A stretch of 64,000 nt of DNA, from NCBI GenBank assembly GCA_020348925.1, contig CP070758.1:1444469-1508468 (forward strand), given 5' to 3'. Shown piece by piece: positions 52,651 to 61,984 of this stretch. Source of the DNA: Gemmatimonadota bacterium (GTDB taxonomy: Bacteria > JBHIER01 > G020348925). The position numbers were made by a program, and so were the translations under genes. Under the pieces are notes generated by a model. The model was given only the letters and a program-made list of their open reading frames with translations. It was not told the DNA's origin and searched no databases. Each line of letters starts with the position of its first letter. Within the stretch, counting starts at the first letter, position 1.

Positions 52651-55308
52651 ATGCACACAAGTATACTTTTTGTAATGCTCATCTCTCTGGCGTTGATGGC
52701 AGTCCCGACGAGGGGAACTGTCATCCATGTTCCCGGAGATCAAACCTCTATTCAAGGGGGAATCAATGCCGCGGTGGACGGCGACACCGTCCTCGTTGCG
52801 CCCGGAACCTACTCCGAAAACATCTCTTTTCGCGGCAGAAACATCGTTCTCGCCAGTCACTTCATCTTAAACGGCGATCCGGATTTTATCGAAACAACCA
52901 TCATCGACGGCAGCAATCACACCGATCCCGATACAGGCAGTACTGTCCTGATCATTTCCGGTGAAGATTCGACGGCCGTGCTGGAGGGATTCACCGTGAC
53001 CGGCGGTACAGGGACCATCTGGTGGGACACACACGATTTGCAGTGGCATCGGGAAGGCGGCGGGATACTCATCGAACTCTCCTCCCCAACCATCAGGAAT
53101 AACCATGTCGTGGACAACGAGGCCGTCAATCTCTCCGGCGTTATTGCCGCCGGTGGAGGCGGTATTCGCTGCATGGACGGAAATCCTCTGATTGAGAACA
53201 ATCTCGTCATGCACAACAGGGGAACCCACGCCGCCGGGGTCGAGATGCTGTTCTCCACCGGCACTATAAGAAGGAACGTCATCGTTGAAAACAGCGGAGG
53301 ACAGCTTTGGGGTGGTGGCGGTTTCTTAAAGTATTTCGGAGGGACCACCCTCTTAGAGAACAATACCATCGCCGGGAATTCATGCACTGGGGGCGGAGAT
53401 CCTCCGGCAGGCAGGGGAGGTGCCATGGTAGTCTGGGGAGGTGTCATTATCGCCCGCAACAATATCATATGGGGGAACACACAGGAAGTTGGGGATCAGA
53501 TTCATTACGCTGTAAACAGGAGCTCAGACATAAGCTACAACGATATCGAGGGTGGCTGGGAAGGTGTGGGCAACATAAATGAGGATCCTTTGTTCGCGGA
53601 TGACGGGTATACGCTCTCCGAGAACTCACCCTGCATCGATGCCGGTGATCCCAACAGCCCTCTGGACCTTGATGGGACGAGGGCGGATATAGGAGCATTC
53701 ACATACTATCATCTTGACACCCCGTACATACGGATTGTGCACTGTATTTTGGATGACAGCCAGGGGAACACCAATGGAAATGCCGACGGCGGTGAGACGG
53801 TAGATCTCGTTGTGACATTGATCAACACCAGCTTGGATGCAACCGGGGTCTCAGCCGCACTTTCGACCATCGATCCGGATGTCGAATTGATTCAGGACAC
53901 AGCCACCTTCGGGGACCTGCCACGTGATGAATGCTCTCTCAACGACAGCAATCCCTTCTCGTTCTCGGTTGACCAATATGCCGTCCCCCACCGGAGCATG
54001 TTCTACCTGAACATTGCGGCAGATGGCGGGTACGAAGCCTCCTATAGCTTTGAGCTCACCGTCGGCACAGCCACCATTCTCCTGGTGGACGATGATGAGG
54101 GGACCTCTTACGAGAGGTGTTACTTCGACGCCCTGGAGACCAAGAATATCGCTCCGGGGGAATGGAATGTCGCAGCCAAGGGTTGCCCCACAGTCCCTGC
54201 ATTACTGCAATACGGAACCGTCGTCTGGCTCACCGGAAACGACCGGGAGAGCAGCCTGACTTCGGAAGAGCAGGGGGCCATTGCTGCCTTGCTGGATGGT
54301 GGGGGAAATCTTTTCATGGCGGGATCGAATATTGGATACGATCTCGTGGAGGACGGTTCTTCCGGTGATGCGGCTTTTTACGCCAATTATCTTCATGCCG
54401 AGTATATCAGTGACTCGATTGAGGAGACCTTCCTGTCCGGAGTCGAAGGGGATCCCATCTCCGGACAGTTCTCGCTTCTTTCATTGGATGTGAATCAGAC
54501 GTCTCCCAGTGTCATTGCTCCTCTTGAAGGTGCGAGCACGGTGCTCACCTACTATTCCTCGCAGGAGGCGGCAGCCATAAAATTCGACGGGGAGCACAAG
54601 GTTGTCTACTCTGCTGTCGGTTTTGAGGGTATTCGGTCCATGGGTGGAAATGATGATGTGGTTCGGGGGACACTGTTGAAGAATGCGCTCCAGTGGTTCA
54701 GCTATGTTCCCAGTCGAGGGGATGTCAATCAGGACGGCGGGACGGACATATTGGATGTGCTGGCGGCCGTAAACATCATTCTGGGCGCGATACAACCTTC
54801 GGGACCGCAGGACTGGGCAGCCGACTGTACCGGAGATGGAGCGGTCGATATTATTGACGCCCTGGGCATTGTGAACGTCGTCCTCGGAATTGGCGAATGT
54901 GTGCCCTCGACCTCCAGGCCCGTAATCACCGCGGCGACAATCCGGTTCTGCGAATCTCTCGAAAACCATCTCTCGCCCGAAATGTTCGCGCAGTTCATGG
55001 CTCTCGTCAATGCCGAGACATCATTACCGACCGGCCACAATCTGGCCCAGAACTATCCCAATCCCTTCAACCCTGAAACAACGATTCGATTCACCATACC
55101 CCAGGTTTCGCACACCAGCCTGACTATTTATAATATAACCGGGGAGCTTGTCAAAAAACTGGCCGACGGTGAATTACAGGCCGGATATCATTCCGTCACC
55201 TGGGATGGAAAAGACACATATTGTCTCAAGGTAAGCTCGGGAGTCTATTTTTACACCATGAAGACTGAGAAGTTCACTCGTACTCGAAAAATGTTGATCG
55301 TGAAATGA
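52651..55308 (+). CDS. Secreted right-handed beta-helix protein with dockerin and FlgD-like C-terminus
   Basis: 'SIQGGINAAVDGDTVLVAPGTY.ENI', GGG/NN repeats, 'SPCIDAGDP...DG.RADIGA'. Confidence 0.85.
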   Translation: MHTSILFVMLISLALMAVPTRGTVIHVPGDQTSIQGGINAAVDGDTVLVAPGTYSENISFRGRNIVLASHFILNGDPDFIETTIIDGSNHTDPDTGSTVLIISGEDSTAVLEGFTVTGGTGTIWWDTHDLQWHREGGGILIELSSPTIRNNHVVDNEAVNLSGVIAAGGGGIRCMDGNPLIENNLVMHNRGTHAAGVEMLFSTGTIRRNVIVENSGGQLWGGGGFLKYFGGTTLLENNTIAGNSCTGGGDPPAGRGGAMVVWGGVIIARNNIIWGNTQEVGDQIHYAVNRSSDISYNDIEGGWEGVGNINEDPLFADDGYTLSENSPCIDAGDPNSPLDLDGTRADIGAFTYYHLDTPYIRIVHCILDDSQGNTNGNADGGETVDLVVTLINTSLDATGVSAALSTIDPDVELIQDTATFGDLPRDECSLNDSNPFSFSVDQYAVPHRSMFYLNIAADGGYEASYSFELTVGTATILLVDDDEGTSYERCYFDALETKNIAPGEWNVAAKGCPTVPALLQYGTVVWLTGNDRESSLTSEEQGAIAALLDGGGNLFMAGSNIGYDLVEDGSSGDAAFYANYLHAEYISDSIEETFLSGVEGDPISGQFSLLSLDVNQTSPSVIAPLEGASTVLTYYSSQEAAAIKFDGEHKVVYSAVGFEGIRSMGGNDDVVRGTLLKNALQWFSYVPSRGDVNQDGGTDILDVLAAVNIILGAIQPSGPQDWAADCTGDGAVDIIDALGIVNVVLGIGECVPSTSRPVITAATIRFCESLENHLSPEMFAQFMALVNAETSLPTGHNLAQNYPNPFNPETTIRFTIPQVSHTSLTIYNITGELVKKLADGELQAGYHSVTWDGKDTYCLKVSSGVYFYTMKTEKFTRTRKMLIVK

Positions 55309-55360
55309 GTTCACAAAAAAGAGACGAACTCATATTTTTTCAAAAAGGAGAACAACGATA

Positions 55361-58318
55361 ATGAAGAATCTTCGTTTTTTCGCTGTTCTGGCACTCTCTT
55401 TCTGTATTCTTGGTAGCGGTCATACAATTACCGAGGGAGAGAGACCCGACTTGGTGAGTATCTCCCGAAACGATCCGTCAGTGGTATCTTTACTCAAGGA
55501 TCGTGGTATTCCAGTTCACCTTGTATTGAAGGAATGGTTTCTTGCTCAAGCTGCCCCGGCCGATCTTGCGCAACTCGAAAAGGCCGGGATAGAGTACAAA
55601 GTTCTGGACAAGGAAGCCTGGTCAGATCCGTATTACCTCATCACGAGACCTCGTGGAAAAGAAATCGGTGAAATCCCGGATGTGACACAGGTTGTGTTCA
55701 AAACCGGTACGGAAGCCCTGGTGAAGAGTCCGCCGAAACAAGCTTTTGAACTGGGACGGTTTGGTTTTCATGTGACCAGAATATCTTCGAAACCGCAGCC
55801 ACTTTTTACGAACCGGACCAGAGATACGGACCGCATTTTGGAGAAATTTCAGGCCGGGCATCGGACGGACGATGTCATCGGCGTCCTCGTGAATCAGGTC
55901 TCTCAGGAGATCATGCGACCACACGTGCAGAGATTGCAGGATTTTCAGACGCGATATTATGCCTCCGATTCCCTCAACGCGGCTGCTCAGTGGCTCTTCG
56001 ACCGCTTCGTCGAGTTCGGATACAGTAATGTCCAATTCGACGAGTTCGAGGAACCGCTGGATCATACACCGGTCAAGAACGTGATCGCGACAAAGCCGGG
56101 AGTTGTCCATCCGGACAGTGTCATCATGATGGGTGCTCACTACGATTCTGCCGTTATCGACGGGACGGATCCGTATGTTTGGGCACCAGGGGCCGACGAT
56201 AACGCTTCCGGGGTTGTGGGTGTATTGGAAGCGGCCCGTATTCTGGCCGACGTTGATTTCGATTGCACGATCAAATTTGTCTGCTGGAGTGCTGAAGAGT
56301 GGGGTTATTTCGGGAGTGAGCACTATGCGGAACGTGCATACAATCAAGGTGAGAAGATAGGGCTGTATATCAACTATGATATGCTGGGTTATATTGATGA
56401 GGATGATCCGGTGAGGGATATTGATATTGGCTGGAATCCCACCGGCCAGCCCTACGCCGATCTGATGGCCGAGATGGTCACCACATACACGAGTCTGGTG
56501 CCAATAACTTATCCTGCAGCTCCGGTCGGCAGCGACTACGGCCCCTTTATGGCCTACGGCTACGATATCCTCAGTGTCATGGAGAGTGATCCGTATCCGT
56601 TTATACATTCCGCCGGGGATATCATAGACCGCATGAACTTCTCTTACATGTGTGAAGCCGTCAAAATGGGCCTGGCCACGTTGGCCACGGTAGCCGGTCC
56701 ACCGGCATCGGTGTCTCTTCCCCATCCCATGATTGCACTTGAAAGTTACTCATGGGACGATGACAGTGAGGGAGGAAGTGTTGGAAACGGAAACGGCTTC
56801 TTTGATACCGGTGAAACAATTGACATTTCCCTGTCACTCCGCAACATTGGCGACACGCCGGCCGACAATGTCACGGCGTACCTTCTCACCGATGATCCCT
56901 ACGTAACCCTTTCGGACAAAGTGGTGTCTTGTGGCCATATTCCCGCCGGCGGCACCGGCACAGGTCAGGATCAGTTTCGGTTCTCCATATCGGAGGCTTG
57001 CCCGAACGGCCATTTCTTAGATTTTTCTGTCGAAGCGCATGCGGCAGGAGGATATGAATGGATGAGCTACTTCTCAGTTCGTGTCGTTCAACCTACTGTT
57101 TGGTACATAACCTTTAACCTCCAGGAGACGGTTGGTAATGAAAATGGCGCCGTTGATCCGGGTGAGACAGTGAATTTGTCTGTATTCCTGGGAAACGACG
57201 GACTGAGAAATACCTCCGGAGTAACAGCCACCCTGGCAACCGATGATCCTGATGTACTCATCGTTGACGGTGATATCGGTTTCCCCGATATGGACGTTCA
57301 CGATATCAAGGAGAACGAGGCCGAACCTTTTGTCCTCTCTGTGGCGGAGGGAGCAATACCGCGTACTCTCTATTTCACACTGAACGTCTCCGAAGGAGAG
57401 GGATACTACCGCACAGAGATACCCATTCAGGTTTCTATCGGACAGAGCACCCTGCGGCTTGTAGCAGATGACGGTGGTGCCGGGTACACAGGGTACTATA
57501 TCGATGCTCTTCAGAATATCGGTGTCCCTTACGAAATCGATGAGATCGAGGGTGTGGTAATGCCCCATTCCGAAGATCTCAGTAATTACTCAGAGGTCAT
57601 CTGGTTCACGTCAGGTGAGGAGAGCAATACCTTGACCCCTGATGATCGGAGTGATCTGGAGATCTTTCTCGAATCCGGTGGAAAACTCATTCTGTCCGGG
57701 GCCATGATCGGGTATGAGGTAGGCAATACGTCCTTCTACAGGAATTACGTGCACGGGAGATACATCTCTTTCATAACGTTGCTTCACCATCTCAATGGTG
57801 CTCCCTCCAATCCGGTCGTGGGCTCGCAAGACATCACACTGGCTTCTCGAGGATTCAACGGCCAGGGGTTCACTGGCGAGATCGATCCCATCAGTCCAGC
57901 CGTGCCACTGTTCACCTATGACCGGAGTACGGACCAAGGACCGGGTATTATCCGATCAAGCGGGAGTGCGGCATTGGCAGTGGAGACATCCGCTTACAAG
58001 GTTGCCTATTTCTCCTTTGGATTGGAAGGTATAGAGCCCCTAGAGAGCAGGGCTCAAGTCCTTGAAGACATACTTTCGTGGTTCAAGAAGCCGGGCATTG
58101 ACAAGGGTGATGTGAATGGCAACGGCGTGACGGACATCATCGATGCGGTTGTGACCGTGAACATTGTCCTGGGTATGTATCAACCGGACGAGCAGGAGGT
58201 GGAACGCGCTGATATGAATTATGACGGAGCCATCGATATCATCGACGTCGTCAGAATCGTCAACGCTGTGCTTGGGACGAGTGGAAAAGCTGCCCACAGT
58301 TATGCCACGGATCTGTAG
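55361..58318 (+). CDS. M28 family aminopeptidase with terminal dockerin
   Basis: GAHYDS, PGADDNASG, AEEWG, NYDM, GSDY, HSAGD. Confidence 0.9.
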   Translation: MKNLRFFAVLALSFCILGSGHTITEGERPDLVSISRNDPSVVSLLKDRGIPVHLVLKEWFLAQAAPADLAQLEKAGIEYKVLDKEAWSDPYYLITRPRGKEIGEIPDVTQVVFKTGTEALVKSPPKQAFELGRFGFHVTRISSKPQPLFTNRTRDTDRILEKFQAGHRTDDVIGVLVNQVSQEIMRPHVQRLQDFQTRYYASDSLNAAAQWLFDRFVEFGYSNVQFDEFEEPLDHTPVKNVIATKPGVVHPDSVIMMGAHYDSAVIDGTDPYVWAPGADDNASGVVGVLEAARILADVDFDCTIKFVCWSAEEWGYFGSEHYAERAYNQGEKIGLYINYDMLGYIDEDDPVRDIDIGWNPTGQPYADLMAEMVTTYTSLVPITYPAAPVGSDYGPFMAYGYDILSVMESDPYPFIHSAGDIIDRMNFSYMCEAVKMGLATLATVAGPPASVSLPHPMIALESYSWDDDSEGGSVGNGNGFFDTGETIDISLSLRNIGDTPADNVTAYLLTDDPYVTLSDKVVSCGHIPAGGTGTGQDQFRFSISEACPNGHFLDFSVEAHAAGGYEWMSYFSVRVVQPTVWYITFNLQETVGNENGAVDPGETVNLSVFLGNDGLRNTSGVTATLATDDPDVLIVDGDIGFPDMDVHDIKENEAEPFVLSVAEGAIPRTLYFTLNVSEGEGYYRTEIPIQVSIGQSTLRLVADDGGAGYTGYYIDALQNIGVPYEIDEIEGVVMPHSEDLSNYSEVIWFTSGEESNTLTPDDRSDLEIFLESGGKLILSGAMIGYEVGNTSFYRNYVHGRYISFITLLHHLNGAPSNPVVGSQDITLASRGFNGQGFTGEIDPISPAVPLFTYDRSTDQGPGIIRSSGSAALAVETSAYKVAYFSFGLEGIEPLESRAQVLEDILSWFKKPGIDKGDVNGNGVTDIIDAVVTVNIVLGMYQPDEQEVERADMNYDGAIDIIDVVRIVNAVLGTSGKAAHSYATDL

Positions 58319-58453
58319 GCTGAGATCAGAATGTTGAGAGAAATTCCGGTAAAACTTACGGGCGAAACAAGAGGAGGACTCATAGGAAGATGAAAGAATG
58401 AGAGGTTTTATCCCTTACATTTTCAACATGACACCAAACATGCGAGGTGCATC

Positions 58454-59116
58454 ATGATCAGACTCCAGAATATTTTTAAATTCTACTCCAACCGATTCGT
58501 GAAAACCTATGTTCTCCAGGATATTGACCTGGAAATTCAACGTGGGGAATTTGTCACCGTTATGGGGCCGTCAGGTGCAGGAAAATCGACCCTGTTGTAT
58601 ATAATAGGCATGTTGGATGAACCCAGTGACGGTGAGTACTACTTTCGCGATGAGCCGGTCCATACGATGAAAGAAAAACAGCGCACCGAACTTCACCGAG
58701 GTGAGATCGGGTTCGTCTTTCAAAGCTACCATTTGATCGATGAGTTGACCGTGTATGAGAACATTGAGACACCTCTTCTCTATCAGAAAGTGAAGGGATC
58801 GGAGCGCAAAGGGCGCGTGGCGGAAATGCTGGACCGCTTCCAGATTGTGGCCAAGAAGGATCTCTTTCCCAATCAGCTCTCAGGCGGTCAACAACAGCTG
58901 GTCGCCATTGCCAGGGCCATCATCGGACAGCCTGGTCTCATCCTGGCCGACGAACCCACCGGCAATTTGAACTCCGAGCAAGGGATGGAGATTATGGAGC
59001 TCCTGAGTAAATTGAACAAAGAAGGCACGACCATCATCCAGGTCACCCACTCGGAAGAAAAAGCAGCGTACGCACACCGGATCATCAATTTACTGGATGG
59101 GAGAATTGTGGAATAG
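58454..59116 (+). CDS. ABC transporter ATP-binding protein (MacB/LolD-like, stand-alone)
   Basis: GPSGAGKST, IGFVFQSYHL, LSGGQQQ, ADEPTGNL. Confidence 0.95.
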   Translation: MIRLQNIFKFYSNRFVKTYVLQDIDLEIQRGEFVTVMGPSGAGKSTLLYIIGMLDEPSDGEYYFRDEPVHTMKEKQRTELHRGEIGFVFQSYHLIDELTVYENIETPLLYQKVKGSERKGRVAEMLDRFQIVAKKDLFPNQLSGGQQQLVAIARAIIGQPGLILADEPTGNLNSEQGMEIMELLSKLNKEGTTIIQVTHSEEKAAYAHRIINLLDGRIVE

Positions 59117-59250
59117 AAGTGGATTACCCTCAACGTTCAGCTTTATTCTGTTCCATTCAAAGAAAGCTGATTACTAGTTTCTAACGTAGGGACCGAAAAT
59201 ATTGTAATGCCTCGAACTTTGAGATATTGTGTACGAATACGGAGGATATC

Positions 59251-61668
59251 ATGCGAAAGAAATGGATAGGCTGGTATCTTGCTCTGGTTCTCATGACCAA
59301 TGTCACCCATTCCGAGGTCAGGAAGCTCGTTCGAGTAGACGTGAGCAATCAACCGCAAGCCACAATTATTGATTTCATGCGACTTCATCCTGATATTATC
59401 TCACGCGGGCAACAGGGACGATCCGTGGATGTGCTTGCCCCGGCATCGCAGTTGGAAAAAATCACCGATCTCGGTATTCCCCTCGAAGTTCTGGTGGATG
59501 ACGCCGATGAGTATGCTCAAACCTTGAAACAACAGGGATATTTCGATGCTTTCCATTCATATGAAGAGATGTTAGCCGAGATGCGGACTGTCGAAGCGAA
59601 CCATCCTGAAATCGCCAAACTCTATGACATCGGTGACAGCTGGGAGAAAACTCAAGGGTTGGCGGATCGAGACATCTGGGCCATCAAAATCTCTGATAAC
59701 GTGAATAGAGAGGAACCACAAGAACCGGAAGTGTTGTACATAGGCTGCCATCACGCTCGGGAGATTATTACGCCGGAAGTCCTACTCTATTTCATGGACT
59801 ACCTTGTGGATACCTACGGTACCGAGCCTGAAGTAACATATCTTGTCGACAATCGTCAGCTGTGGTTCGTACCGATGCTCAATCCTGACGGCCACGACTT
59901 TGTCGTGAGTTCGAGGAGGTATACTGAAGATATGTATTGGCGGAAAAACAGGCGTGACAACGGCGATGGAACATTTGGAGTGGACCTGAATAGAAACTAC
60001 GGTTACATGTGGGGTTTTGACGATATCGGCTCCAGCCCGGACCCGAGCAGTTTGCTCTATCGAGGCACACACCCTTTTTCTGAGCCGGAAACCCAGGCAA
60101 TTCGAGACTTGGTGACGGCCCACCATTTCGTGACATCACTCTCATATCATGCCGCTGGCGGATTGTGGCTGTATCCCTGGATGTATATCCAACAAAACAC
60201 TCCGGATCATGATACCTTCGTGGCCATCGCCGAGAGTTGTGTGGCCTACAATGGCTATGAACCCGGCAACCCGGTGTCGGAAACCATTTACACCTGCAGC
60301 GGTAATTTTATTGACTGGATGTATGGCGAACAGACAACGAAATGTAAAACATATAACTTCGATCCTGAAGTGGGGTACTCTATGTATCCGGACACCTCTC
60401 GCATAGTGCCCTATTGCCGGGATAACCTCGGCCCCAATTTATACGTCGCGAAAGTGGCGGAAGAGTATGCACTCCCGTTCATTTCTTACAATGAATACAA
60501 GGTCACTGAAATGCATGGAAATCGTGATGGGATTTTTGATCCCGGTGAGACGGTTCATCTGACGTTCACACTGTTCAACATGGGTTATGTATCCACTGGC
60601 CTCGTGGGATCCATGTCGACTGAGGATCCGGCCGTAGATTTTATGAAACGGACAGCGTATTTCGGGAACGTGGACTTCCGGGAGATGGCTTCAAATGAAC
60701 AAGATCCTTTTGTGTTCACAATCGAAGCTGATACGAAAAGCCACGTTTCCAGTTTTGTCTTGACCATCACAGATGATAGTGGATACACAACCAGTGAAAG
60801 TCTCGATGTGAGTATCGGACCAGCTACCGTTCTTGTTGTCGACGACGACCTCGGAGAGGAATATGAGCAGTATTATACGGAAGGGTTGTCTCAAAATTAC
60901 CCTTTCGATATGTGGGAGATTGAAACGCAGGGGATTCCTTCGGAGACGCTTTCCCATTACGAAGCCGTAGTCTGGTTCACCGGCGATGACAGAACCACCT
61001 CCCTTACGCCAGGGGAACAGACAGTTCTTCAAGAATACCTCGACAGCGGTGGCAACCTTTTTCTCACAGGGCAGAATATCGGATACGATCTCGTCGAGGA
61101 GGGATCGGAAGGAGATGCTCTGTTTTACCGCACGTACCTTCGGGCAGACTATGTAAGCGATGACTCACATGAGAACGTTTTAACCGGCGTCCCTGGGGAC
61201 CAGATCTCCGGAGATTTTACATTCTTGACCGTGGGAGCAGGAGGTGCCGGAAATCAGACCTCGCCCAGCAGTATTGAACCTCTGTCCGGGGCAACCGCAG
61301 TCTTCACCTATTACGGATCGGCCCATACGGCGGCCGTCAAATACAGCGGTGCATTTAAAGTGGTTTACTTCGCCTTCGGCTATGAAGGAGTGGGCGCCTT
61401 CGGGACAGGCGCTGCCAGATTGAGATCTTCCCTCATGGACAATATCGTCGCCTGGTTTCGGTATGAGCCGCACAAGGGGGACGTCAATGAGGATGGGAAC
61501 GTCGACATCCTTGATGTGGTCGAGGTGGTAAACATCATTATAGGGTTGGTGGAACCGACAACCGCTCAATTTTGGGCTGCCGATGTCACCCAAGATGGGA
61601 GTATCGACATTCTGGATGTCGTGAACATCGTGAACGTTATTCTCGGGCCAACGGTATCGGTACGATAA
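59251..61668 (+). CDS. M14 family zinc carboxypeptidase (carboxypeptidase T-like) with terminal dockerin
   Basis: HHARE, WRKNR, GVDLNRNY, FSEPET, SYH. Confidence 0.92.
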   Translation: MRKKWIGWYLALVLMTNVTHSEVRKLVRVDVSNQPQATIIDFMRLHPDIISRGQQGRSVDVLAPASQLEKITDLGIPLEVLVDDADEYAQTLKQQGYFDAFHSYEEMLAEMRTVEANHPEIAKLYDIGDSWEKTQGLADRDIWAIKISDNVNREEPQEPEVLYIGCHHAREIITPEVLLYFMDYLVDTYGTEPEVTYLVDNRQLWFVPMLNPDGHDFVVSSRRYTEDMYWRKNRRDNGDGTFGVDLNRNYGYMWGFDDIGSSPDPSSLLYRGTHPFSEPETQAIRDLVTAHHFVTSLSYHAAGGLWLYPWMYIQQNTPDHDTFVAIAESCVAYNGYEPGNPVSETIYTCSGNFIDWMYGEQTTKCKTYNFDPEVGYSMYPDTSRIVPYCRDNLGPNLYVAKVAEEYALPFISYNEYKVTEMHGNRDGIFDPGETVHLTFTLFNMGYVSTGLVGSMSTEDPAVDFMKRTAYFGNVDFREMASNEQDPFVFTIEADTKSHVSSFVLTITDDSGYTTSESLDVSIGPATVLVVDDDLGEEYEQYYTEGLSQNYPFDMWEIETQGIPSETLSHYEAVVWFTGDDRTTSLTPGEQTVLQEYLDSGGNLFLTGQNIGYDLVEEGSEGDALFYRTYLRADYVSDDSHENVLTGVPGDQISGDFTFLTVGAGGAGNQTSPSSIEPLSGATAVFTYYGSAHTAAVKYSGAFKVVYFAFGYEGVGAFGTGAARLRSSLMDNIVAWFRYEPHKGDVNEDGNVDILDVVEVVNIIIGLVEPTTAQFWAADVTQDGSIDILDVVNIVNVILGPTVSVR

Positions 61669-61802
61669 AATTATAGCATTCGTTGTTCAGCCTTACTCTT
61701 TTCTACTACAATGAAAGGCTTATCACTGGATTCTGATATGATCACTGAAAAAATTGTAATGCCTCAAACTTTGAGATATTGTGTACGAATACGGAGGATA
61801 TC

Positions 61803-61884
61803 ATGCGAAAGAAATGGATAGGCTGGTATCTTGCTCTGGTTCTCATGACCAATGTCACCCATTCCGAGGTCAGGAAGCTCGTTC
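61803..61884 (+). CDS. 5' fragment of a tandem paralog of the M14 gene, cut by the gap
   Basis: Coding start identical to 59251-59332 (MRKKWIGWYLALVLMTNVTHSEVRKLV). Confidence 0.6.
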
Positions 61885-61984
61885 NNNNNNNNNNNNNNNN
61901 NNNNNNNNNNNNNNNNNNNNNNNNNNNNNNNNNNNNNNNNNNNNNNNNNNNNNNNNNNNNNNNNNNNNNNNNNNNNNNNNNNNN

